A stretch of 64,000 nt of DNA from Octopus bimaculoides. Taxonomy: Eukaryota. Under the pieces are notes generated by a model that was not told the DNA's origin, did no database searches, and saw only the letters and a program-made list of their open reading frames with translations. A program made the position numbers and the translations under genes. Of the stretch, positions 53,976 through 64,000 are shown one piece after another. The stretch's first letter is position 1, and every line of letters begins with the position of its first letter. The stretch is from contig NC_068991.1 in assembly GCF_001194135.2 (NCBI RefSeq), forward strand, positions 1,201,258-1,265,257, in the 5' to 3' direction.

Positions 53976-55035
53976 AAAAGTAGTTTTTTCATCCGCCTCT
54001 GTTGATGCGGTCATGCTATGGTAAAGAAATACGATACAAAGACTGGTTGGCGCACAAATCGCTCTCTGGAATCTTAAATAAAAGCTTTAATAAAAAGAAA
54101 ATAGTAAAGAAATTTTTTCTTTTTTTTTTTTATTATTTTGGAACTTGGGAATTACTTTGAACTAATTGAAGAATTTTACATCCTGGAAATGCCTTCCATT
54201 TTCAGCTTCAAAGAGTGGAACTCCTTCAAAGCATTGTACCATGACAAGTCAGAATCTTTTTGGCTCCAAAAATCTAAATTTTTTGTTGAATATTATTATT
54301 TATCCTTTCATGGAATGGTTATATCCGTTTTTTTTTGTCTTTATCAAAACATTAAAAAAAAAAAGAAAAATGCTATCAAAATCCTTTTTAAGATTATTTA
54401 AAATTTAAATATCAAAAATGACTTTTGCTTCACCTTCTATAAATTCAAATATAGATTATTGATCTTTGTTTCGAATTGTATATCAATAACTTATTGATAT
54501 TGTTTAACCCAAGTTTGTCGTGATCGAAGTAAATCTTTACACAATGCTGTTCTTTCTTTAAACGTGTATTCGGGGGAATTCAGTTGTTATTTGTTGCAGG
54601 TCAACTACATATAGGATCTCTCATCGGTTGGACTGTGAAAATGTATACAGTTAATGTGTCCTGTTAATGGAAAGTTGGCGAGTAATGTTAAAACAAGATA
54701 AGTTTTTGGTTTTTATGATTACGGATTGTGTATCAATTGCAGATGATTAGAAATGTAACAGACGAAATATATCCGCAACTGAAATTTACAGTGGTGACAT
54801 ATCGTTACACAAGAAACTTCTTTTATTAGAGATGAGTGATAGGCTGAGGTAGATCAAACAGAAAAATATGGCTAATGACCGATGACATGGGCTGCAGTCC
54901 AACGACTGGAACAAATAAAAGACAATATGCGTCAGACTAGAAACGGAAGTTTATGAAATATAGACACACACATAAGAATACATGCACCCCACTCATTCAC
55001 ACACACATATTATAAATAGAAATGTATGTGTTTGT

Positions 55036-55106
<71 letters not shown>

Positions 55107-55460
55107 CGTGTGTGTTAGTGTTTGTGCATGTATGCGTATGAGTGTATATAGGTAAGTGAAATTGTGCGGAAGCATTGGTCTGTTCCACACCGGTTTTCAG
55201 GTGTATGTATGTATTGACTCGGTAATACGTGTGCTGTGTTTTATATTTTGAAAAGCTGCATACATGCACATACAGGCTCATACATTTGTGTGTATGTATA
55301 TGAGTATGTATGTATATACTTATGTATATACTTATGTATATATGTATTATGAATGTATATAAATGTATGCATGCTACGCTTGTATGCATATATGTGTGTG
55401 TGTATTTATTTATGTATGTTTGTATGTATGCACGTTTCTATGTGTGTTGTATATATATAT

Positions 55461-55798
55461 AGTGGTAGTGTGGTACGTAGCTTGCTTCACAACCGCATGG
55501 TTCCTGGTTCAGTCCCACTGTGTGGCACCTTGGGCAAGTGTCTTCTACTATAGCTTCGGGCCGATCAAAGACTTGTGAGTAGATTTGATAGACGGAAACT
55601 GAAAGAAGCCTGTCGTATATATATATATATGTATATGTTTGTGTCTGTGTTTGTCCCTCCAACATCGCTTGAGAACCGATGCTGGTGTGTTTACGTCCCC
55701 GTAATTTAGAAGTTCGACAGAGAGACAGAGCGATAGAATAAGTACTAGACTTACAAAGAATAAGTCCTAGGATCGATTTGCTCGACTAAAGGCGGTGA
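55461..55798 (+). mobile_element. Near full-length tRNA-derived SINE (family A) with internal (TA)/(TG) microsatellite
   Basis: Head with B-box GGTTCAGTCCC, a GGCACCTTGGGCAAGTGTCTTCTACTATAGC core, an internal TA tract, and a 3' module ending in AAGGCGGTG. It aligns to several other copies in the window. Confidence 0.88.
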
Positions 55799-56469
55799 TG
55801 CATGCATGCATGTATGTGTGAGTATGTATATGTATGTGTGTATGTCCGTATCTATGTATGCAAGTCTGCATATATGTATATGCATGTACGAATGTATGTG
55901 TGTGCGTATGTATGTATGTGTGTGTGCATGTATGTATGTGTATATGTATGTATGTATGCATGTATGTATAACTGGACACCAGCGGGTGCAAACTCTGTGA
56001 TGTGGAATCTAATGGTGATAATGGAGCAGTTACTATGCTANNNNNNNNNNNNNNNNNNNNNNNNNNNNNNNNNNNNNNNNNNNNNNNNNNNNNNNNNNNN
56101 NNNNNNNNNNNNNNNNNNNNNNNNNNNNNNNNNNNNNNNNNNNNNNNNNNNNNNNNNNNNNNNNNNNNNNNNNNNNNNNNNNNNNNNNNNNNNNNNNNNN
56201 NNNNNNNNNNNNNNNNNNNNNNNNNNNNNNNNNNNNNNNNNNNNNNNNNNNNNNNNNNNNNNNNNNNNNNNNNNNNNNNNNNNNNNNNNNNNNNNNNNNN
56301 NNNNNNNNNNNNNNNNNNNNNNNNNNNNNNNNNNNNNNNNNNNNNNNNNNNNNNNNNNNNNNNNNNNNNNNNNNNNNNNNNNNNNNNNNNNNNNNNNNNN
56401 NNNNNNNNNNNNNNNNNNNNNNNNNNNNNNNGAGGTGATGACAGTAAAAACACAAATAATAATAATAAC

Positions 56470-56513
<44 letters not shown>

Positions 56514-56642
56514 CAACAACAACAATAGTAATGGTTTCTAGCATAGGTACAACACACACACACACACATACAAGCATGTCTGCATGTCTGCATGTACTCA
56601 TATGCATAAGTGTGTGTCTGTGCGTATGTACGTATGTGCGTG

Positions 56643-56677
<35 letters not shown>

Positions 56678-56711
56678 ATACATATCCCTTATATACACAT
56701 CTATCTATCTA

Positions 56712-56810
<99 letters not shown>

Positions 56811-57905
56811 GCATATAATATACATACAAATGTATGTATAAATATATATAGGACGTATATTTTTCATACATGCATATATATATACACCAATACATACACA
56901 CACTCTCATACACACACACACACGCACACACGTACATACATAAATCCCGGCATAAAACAACAACAACAACAACAGCAGCAGCGGTGACAATAATACTAAG
57001 AACAGCAATGATCTGAAGAAATATAAATTAACAATAATAATATTTTTAATGGAGTTCATGATGGTGGAGGCGGTGATGGTGGTGGCGAAGGCGGCGGTGG
57101 GGGGGGGCAGTGCCTAATGGCTCATTGTTAAAATAATGTCTTTACTCAGCAGAAAGCGACTGTCCACTCGTCTGTAATAGCCGACTGAATAATAACGGCG
57201 ATATATATATAATTTTACAAGAATATTGAGTATATAAAAATATATATATAAATAGTAAAGACGAAAAGAATAAATTGGAAAAGAAATATGGCGGTTGTAA
57301 TGGTGGTTGTGTGTGAAAAGCTGTTTGATTTAAATAACAAGACAACTACACGTGTTCAAACTCCGTCTAAAGACGCATCAACACAGAGACCCTCGCACAA
57401 GCACACGCATACACACACATGCACGTGCACGCGTAGTCATGTTTTGCATATAAATATATGTATATACATACATACATGCATATCTGTATACCTAGCTTCT
57501 TTCTAGAAGAGAAGACCGTTCTACTCCGATGTTTCTTTGTGGTTAATTATTTTCATGATTTTTAAAATTTTTTGTTTACTTTTGAAATAGAGCCATAAAA
57601 ATATCAGAAGGGCATACACCAAGGCGCGCGCACACACACACACACATACACATCGAGATACATGCAGAGTCACATATATATGTATGTACCCACCCATGTA
57701 TACGTGTTCGCATGTCTAGACAAGGTTTGCAGAAAATAAAGGAAACACCTTTTATTTAACTATTATTTTTCTATTGGCAATTTTCCGGATTACAAATCTG
57801 TTTCACTCTCTCTCTGTGTTTTTCTGTGCATTATGTATCCTTGCGCTTTATCATATCGCCTCTCTGTTTTTCTATTTTGTGGCATTTGTATTTAAATAGC
57901 TTAAA

Positions 57906-58593
57906 ATTCGTGACCTATTTGATTTCCAATGAGGACAGATTGTTGCATCGCGGATGGTTGGAGCTTCAGTCTCTAAATCTGCTGAATTGTTTACTGTCTC
58001 GAGAAGTGAAGTCTTTAAAATCATGTGGGTAATCCAAAACCAGGGTAAAAAAAAACAGTTCCGGGAAGCATAGTTTTGGACGGAAAGCAAACGTCACGGA
58101 GGAACGGCAGAAGAGTGAATGCATTTCTTCTAAAAACGATCGAATAACAGCAGCGAGAGTGACAGATGGGCTAAAGCACCATCTTGCCGATCCTGTGTGA
58201 AACTAAACCGTTCGTTGTGAGTTCCACAAAGCTAGACAACACTGGCAAACCTCTTCTGTCACTCATCAACATTAGTAAAATAGAATAAATGGTGTTTAGA
58301 CTATCGGAAGAGGCCACTGGCTCAATGGAATAATGTCATTTCTGATTAATCATCTTTCACCCTTTTCTTTCACTCCGCAACGAGATTATGTCTGGAGATA
58401 TCTCAAAGAAGCCTTGAATCCTGACGGTTTGGCCCTTTTCACGAAGCATGGAGGTGACTTTGTGATGATTTGGGCAGCCATATAAACTTCTCGTGGTGCT
58501 TAAGTTGTGCTATATAACAAAATTAACGCTAAGAATTATCTGAGTATTTTCGCTGATCACGACCATCCTATGTGTGTTGTGGAATTTATTCCT
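57906..58593 (+). mobile_element. Tc1-family transposase pseudogene (HTH domain to first catalytic Asp region)
   Basis: Reads RDLFDFQ*GQIVASRMVGASVSKSAELFTVSRSEVFKIM, TVRCEFHKA, KPLLS, QWNNVISD*SSFTLF, YVWR..KEALNPD, KHGGDFVMIWAAI and INAKNYLSIFADHDHPM. Multiple stops. No TIRs recognised. Confidence 0.88.
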
Positions 58594-58944
58594 CTTACAC
58601 TTTATAATGGCATTAAATTTCACTGTGCGTCCGATGTAACAGTCGGAGTCATGAAGTTTATAACTTTCATTTTTACATCGAGGTACCGTTCAGTTATTTG
58701 TTAGTTTGGGGTTTCGCGTTGATGAGGAATCTTTAAATCTGGTTTTATTATAGTGCAACTATAAATTTGTGGTTGGGTATGATACAAGTCGTATTCTACG
58801 TTTTATATTTTATTTATTATTTACTTCTTAAAGTATCCAATATGCGTGTAGTTGATGTATTTTTACTGGTTGTTGTTCTGTTGTGTCATTTTGGTTGATC
58901 TTGTTCTCGTTTGGTCTATGGTTTTGTCTACTTAAACTTTGGGT

Positions 58945-59141
58945 TAGTGGTTCCCAGCTTTTCTTAATATCCGGGCCTGGTCCAAAACTTGGATCTTTTT
59001 AGGGGCTCGCACCAAACAAGTAAAACACAACTTAATTAAAGAAAAAAGTTATTATATTTATAGAGGGAAGACCGTTGGGGACCCCTGGTAAGGTACTTAA
59101 GGGTTGCATGCGGCCCTAAGAGTTGTGGCTGGGAACCACTG
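58945..59141. mobile_element. hAT (Charlie-like) MITE, 197 bp
   Basis: 14-bp TIRs TAGTGGTTCCCAGC (58945-58958) and GCTGGGAACCACTG (59128-59141), matching at 13 of 14. The 8-bp flanks ctttgggt and cattaggt match at 6 of 8, consistent with a decayed TSD. Confidence 0.75.
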
Positions 59142-59349
59142 CATTAGGTACTCGTTATTAATTAATATTTGTTTTATTCAAAACTCTTCTTTATTTAAAA
59201 CTACTTTAGTTGACGAAAATTTGTAAGATCGTCTTAGAAAGCTGTTCCTTCAACTCCCTCTTTTTTCTCCTTCTTGTTTTGTGCTGGAGTATAGGGTTAG
59301 AAGGGGTAGAAGGAAGAGTTGAAATCATTGCAGCAGGCAAAAATGGTAT

Positions 59350-60170
59350 ACAGAATGAGGAGGAGGAGGAGAAGAAAGAGAGAAGGAAGATGGAATGAGG
59401 TGATTAAAGCAGACAATAATAATACAGTAGAGTGGGAGGAACCAGAAGTGAGAGGAGGAGGAGAAGGAGGAGAAGAAGGAGGAGAGGGAATGTGAGAGAT
59501 GGAGGATGGTGGAAAATCATTAAAGCAGACGACAGCGTTATAAAGAAGTCGGAGAGATATAGAGACGAAGAAAAGAGAAAGAAAGGGAGAGAGAGGATAA
59601 GAGGAAGAGCGTGAGGTGGAGTAAAGTTCAATGAAATAAAAAGGGTGGGAGGACGAAAAGAAAGAAAGAAAAGGAAAGGATAGAGAGGGGAAGAGGGGGA
59701 GGGGGAGCAGAAAGGGAAACATTAATGAAGGGAGAAAGTGAAAAAGAAAACGAAATTAACGAAGATAAAGAAATGGAGGAGTTGAAAAGAGAAGGGTGAA
59801 GGGAGAGGACGGAGACAAAGATGAAGTATTGTGGGTGGAGGAAAGAGTGGGAGAAAGACGACAAAGGAAACAAAGGAGGGAAGACTAAGAAGGTAGAGGA
59901 AGAAGGGGAGGAGGAGGTGGAGGAGAAAGAGAAAGACTTCAGGGTTTTAGCAGAAGGGACATAAATGGAGGACAAGAAACAATGAAGACTCAAAACAAAG
60001 AAAGGTGGATGGTAGGAGGAGAGATAGAAAAAGAGGAAGAAGGAAGCATCACTGATGAAGAAGAGGATGAGAAGAAGGTAAGAAAGAAAACGTCGCAAGG
60101 CTAGAAGTGAGAGGCATGAGGTGGAGTAAGAGAATGAAGCAAGTTTGGGGTTTTAGTTGAGGGTTGAATA

Positions 60171-60230
<60 letters not shown>

Positions 60231-60425
60231 ATGTAGGAGGAGGAGTGGGAAGAAGTAGGAGGAGTGGGAAGAAGAAGTAGGAGAAAGAGAAAAGAAGGAA
60301 ATGTTTGGGCTGGAGGGGGAGTAGAAAAGACAAGAGAGAAGGGAGAAGAAGAGGAGTATAGTGAAAGAGAGAGAGGGGAGGGAGGGAGAGAGAGAGAAAG
60401 GAAGCTAGAGATAGAGGGGGGTAAA
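59350..60425. repeat. About 1.1-kb purine-rich low-complexity tract
   Basis: The + strand is overwhelmingly A/G (GGA, GAA and AG units). Confidence 0.9.
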
Positions 60426-60863
60426 GCAAAGTAATAGGTGGGTCAGAAATTCACGAAAGCAGACGACCAGGTTTATAAAGGTGTTTAATGAAGGGAAAAT
60501 ATCATTTAATGTCTTCATTTCTTAATGTCGAAGTTGAAATATAACAACAATGGAGAACAGAAAATGTCTTTTAAGAGCTTTACCAGTTGTTTTTCTGTGA
60601 CAAAATTGTTCTGAATATTTCGAAATGAAGTAGGTTTTGCCAGAAGAGAAGAAATGTCAAAGGAATGTTTAAATGGCCAGGAGGGAGTCAGTGTGTGTGC
60701 GCGCGCGCATATATATATATATGTATGTGTGTGAGTACGTATACTTATATATATATACTTACGTATGTATATGTATACGTATGTATGCATGTATATATGA
60801 ATGTATGTATGTGTAGGTGTGTAGATGTGTGTGTGTGTATGTGTGTGTGTGTNNNNNNNNNNT

Positions 60864-60950
<87 letters not shown>

Positions 60951-61158
60951 TTGTATGTGAAGGGGGCAATGAGAGAAATTGAAAAATTCCTGTTGTAAAT
61001 AAAGTTAAGATGAAGGAAGGACAGTTAAATTGGTTGGAAATATTGGTGTGCGGTGGGAGTTGGGAGTCAGGCTTGGGGTTTTGGGAAGAAGAAATAGAGA
61101 AGGAAAGGAAGAAAGCAGAAAAGAAGAAAGAGAAGAAGAAGAAGAAGAAGAAGGGATA

Positions 61159-61191
<33 letters not shown>

Positions 61192-61405
61192 GGGAGGAGG
61201 AGGATGGCGGTGATGATGATGATGACTGAAAGGAGAATATGTGTCCCTAAACTGCAGAGACCCTCCGAGACTGATGCTGTCGATTTCGTTAGGATTCCTG
61301 TTCAGTTGTTTGCATGTTGAGGTCTGCAAGAAAATCAAGGACATAGTTATCCAGGGGGTTGACGTGCAGGGGATACTCCAGAACACTACTGTAGCCATGA
61401 GAATC

Positions 61406-61518
61406 GGCGAGCTGGCAGAATCGGTACCGTGCAGAGAAAAATGCTTTGTAGCTCTTTGCCAGTCTTCACGTTCTGGGTTCAAATTCCGCCGAGGTCAACT
61501 TTGCCTTTCATCTTTTCA
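61406..61518 (+). mobile_element. SINE family B, 3'-truncated
   Basis: GGCGAGCTGGCAGAATCG..GGGTTCAAATTCCGCCGAGGTCAACTTTGCCTTTCATC. Confidence 0.85.
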
Positions 61519-61547
61519 GCTTCTTCCTAGAATCTAAAACCAGTAGA

Positions 61548-62264
61548 CGGGTCGAGGAAGTTGCTCAGGTTAAGTTGGAGAGTCTGGGAGATCAGTAAGA
61601 TAATGAGGAACACCAAAGTTGCGATCCCAGAGCCTGCTTCCTTGGCAGATAACTGGTCGGCTGTGAGACCCGGAGACAAGAACAATATCTGAATACCTTC
61701 CACCTTCGCAGCCTGTGCATCAGCTGAGCCGATTGGGTTGTCAAGGATAAAGAAATATCTCAGATATTAAATGAACTGACCTGGTCACCAACAAGGAGGC
61801 TCTGGACTGCGCTTCGATCGCCAGCATCTTCATTGTACTACAACTGCGACATCTCCGTTGACTGAGTAACGTACATTGTATGTTAGATGAACGGATTCAG
61901 AAAGACATGCTGCAGAAGGAGGTGGCTTCCGGACAAAGAGCACAACAGTGGAGGTCTAAATCTGTTTTGGACCACACATGAAGTGAGAGAACCGTGGAAG
62001 GAGGGAGGACATTGCAAGTGATCGCTTCCATTGGAGCCTGTAAGTAGGGAAAACTTTAGGAAGAGGTGAAGGATTTAAGGCTTGCTGTCAAAGGAAAGGA
62101 TACTCGACAAAAAAAAAAACAGCACCAGAATGACACAGACATGCCAACCGGGACTGTCACTCCTGTATGGACCTCGAAGGGTTCAGTAGATGCTGTTCCA
62201 TGAATCAAATGAAACCAAGATTTCCCACGATCTCACAAGACGAACTTTATCCACAAACACAACC
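61548..62264 (+). mobile_element. RTE-clade LINE 3' remnant
   Basis: Frameshifted fragments read RVWEISKIMRNTKV, GCET.RRQEQYLNTFHLRSL, DLVTNKEALDCASIASIFIVLQLRHLR*LSNVHCMLDERIQKDML..EVASG, EDIASDRFHW and NRDCHS. It ends in a CAA-like tail. Confidence 0.85.
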
Positions 62265-63073
62265 ATATTGTTGTTGCTGAAGATGTTGTTGTTGTTATTA
62301 CTATTTTTTTTTGTTGCTGGTGCTTTTGTTGTTGTTGTTGTTGTTGTTGTTGCTATTCTTGTTATTCTCGCTGCTGTTGCTTCCGATGTTCCTTCGGTTG
62401 GTCTTCAGAGTCTCGCCAACATCGGTGAGTTCCAGGTGCAAAAGGCGTCTGGCAGATCTATGACCAGAGGCCTTTCATCAGTGACCATCCAACTTTATTT
62501 AAGACGGCAGAGCATAATTTAAGGGAGACCAACTCCTCTTTGACAGCGAAGATCGAGAAACCGGGTTGAGGTTTCCGCGTTTCGATCGATGTAAATACAA
62601 TGGCGACAGTGACAGTAAAAGCAGCAGCAGTAGCAGCAGTAGTAGCAGTAGTAGTAGTTGTTGTTGTTGTTGCTGACAGCAATCAGTCAAAGTTGCTGTT
62701 TAATTACAACCACCAGAAACAATGAGAAAAATGTGTGGAGTCGACACACAGACAGACCGGACAGAGAGGCAGTATCACCAAGGTGTGTCTCCCCAACGGC
62801 ACCGTGCTACCTTCTTAGCTCTCCTGACACCAGACAGACATAGCCGAAGGGACGCAGTACCACAGCACAGCGTGGAAAGGTGTAGGGGCAGAGGGGGGGG
62901 GGCAAGGGAAGGGCCGATATGGAGCAGTCTGTGTGCACCGACATGCATATACACGTGCAGCGAACCGTGAATGTCGCCACTCGAGCGTGATTTACGTATC
63001 ACACAAACACATACATGCATATTCCTGTGCGTGCGCGTATATGTGTGTGTGTCTGTGAATGTGTGCGCGTGTG

Positions 63074-63115
<42 letters not shown>

Positions 63116-63463
63116 CACACACACACATATGTGTGTAGGGAAAAGGATACAGGCAGATAGATAGATTTAACCCCTACACTAAACGCATTGTTTTCCAGTA
63201 GCAAATTAGTGACGTCAGCAGTGAGGGAAATATTAATTGGTAATTAGTGACTTAGAGAATATGGGTTGGGCGGTGTTGAAACAGAGAGAAAGAGGGAGAT
63301 TTATGGTGGTGGTGGTGGTGGTGATTGTGTAGAGGGCGGGGCCGATGGTTGTGGTGGTAATTCGTCGGTAACTTAGGCGAAAGAAATGTTATTAAAATTT
63401 GATGTAAAGAAAGAAAGCATAATAAATAAATAAATAAACATAACCGGATAAAACAACTACTGC

Positions 63464-63510
<47 letters not shown>

Positions 63511-63692
63511 GAAGAATAAGAATAACAACAACAACAGCAATAATAGCGAGAATCCTAAAACAAATTAGGCATAGAGAAAAATTAAACGAAATAAAATCTA
63601 AAAAGAAATATAAAATAATAAATATACAAATATATGAATATAAATATAGCTTATCCCGCCCCACCCCCTTCCTTGGTCACCACCCAAACACT

Positions 63693-63723
<31 letters not shown>

Positions 63724-64000
63724 CCATTTTGTCTCTCGCTCGTCCTCAACTCTAACCACCACCACTCGAACACGCCATTACCCTACCATCTTCCACCGGT
63801 AAAGTAGGACCAGAGGCAATTTCAGGCAAACTAACGAAGAATCGACGACACAACAATCCGAAATCCTGGTTTTCTTAATAAACCAACGACGAATGGATTT
63901 GTTTTTTTTTTTTCCTTGTTTTTGCGAGTTCCCCCGTCTTTATTTATTTGTTTATTTCACTGAGACGCCATTTTCGTTAACAGAAATAAAAGAAATAAGA

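Noticed and set aside
40138-55520. tRNA-like A/B-box sequences as tRNA genes
   Set aside because: They lack a complete cloverleaf and continue into SINE bodies.
59628-60098. 156-aa hydrophobic minus-strand ORF
   Set aside because: It is a by-product of the polypyrimidine strand of the purine tract.
62440-62485. Minus-strand CTGATGA followed by a hairpin
   Set aside because: No GAAA follows the stem, so the hammerhead core is incomplete.

Overview
Repeat-dense eukaryotic genomic DNA, most likely from an octopus. That origin is inferred from the very high microsatellite load and from SINE, LINE and Penelope sequences that resemble Octopus repeats as I recall them; no database search was run. 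About 26 N-gaps total roughly 8.3 kb, and most are bounded by simple repeats. Only one credible protein-coding gene is visible: an intronless 404-aa class A (rhodopsin-like) GPCR at 28936-30150 (+), of the orphan, peptide-receptor-like type with a long third intracellular loop. Nearly all other ORFs in the supplied track are translated microsatellites or gaps. The rest of the window holds about 20 tRNA-derived SINE pieces and decayed autonomous elements: two CR1/Jockey-group LINE 3' ends, an RTE LINE, a REL-endonuclease LINE, a Penelope RT fragment and a Tc1 transposase. There is also a hAT MITE and an unclassified ~60-bp dispersed repeat. The most notable observations are: (i) a minimal type I hammerhead ribozyme fold at 53592-53637, of the Penelope-associated kind; (ii) a dense CACTCAA/ACTCA motif cluster 1 kb downstream of the GPCR, with TGACCA and tandem ETS clusters upstream; (iii) a nested, inverted SINE pair; and (iv) a 21-bp perfect palindrome. 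I see no clear evidence of a wholly new biological system. The regulatory calls are motif-based inferences.
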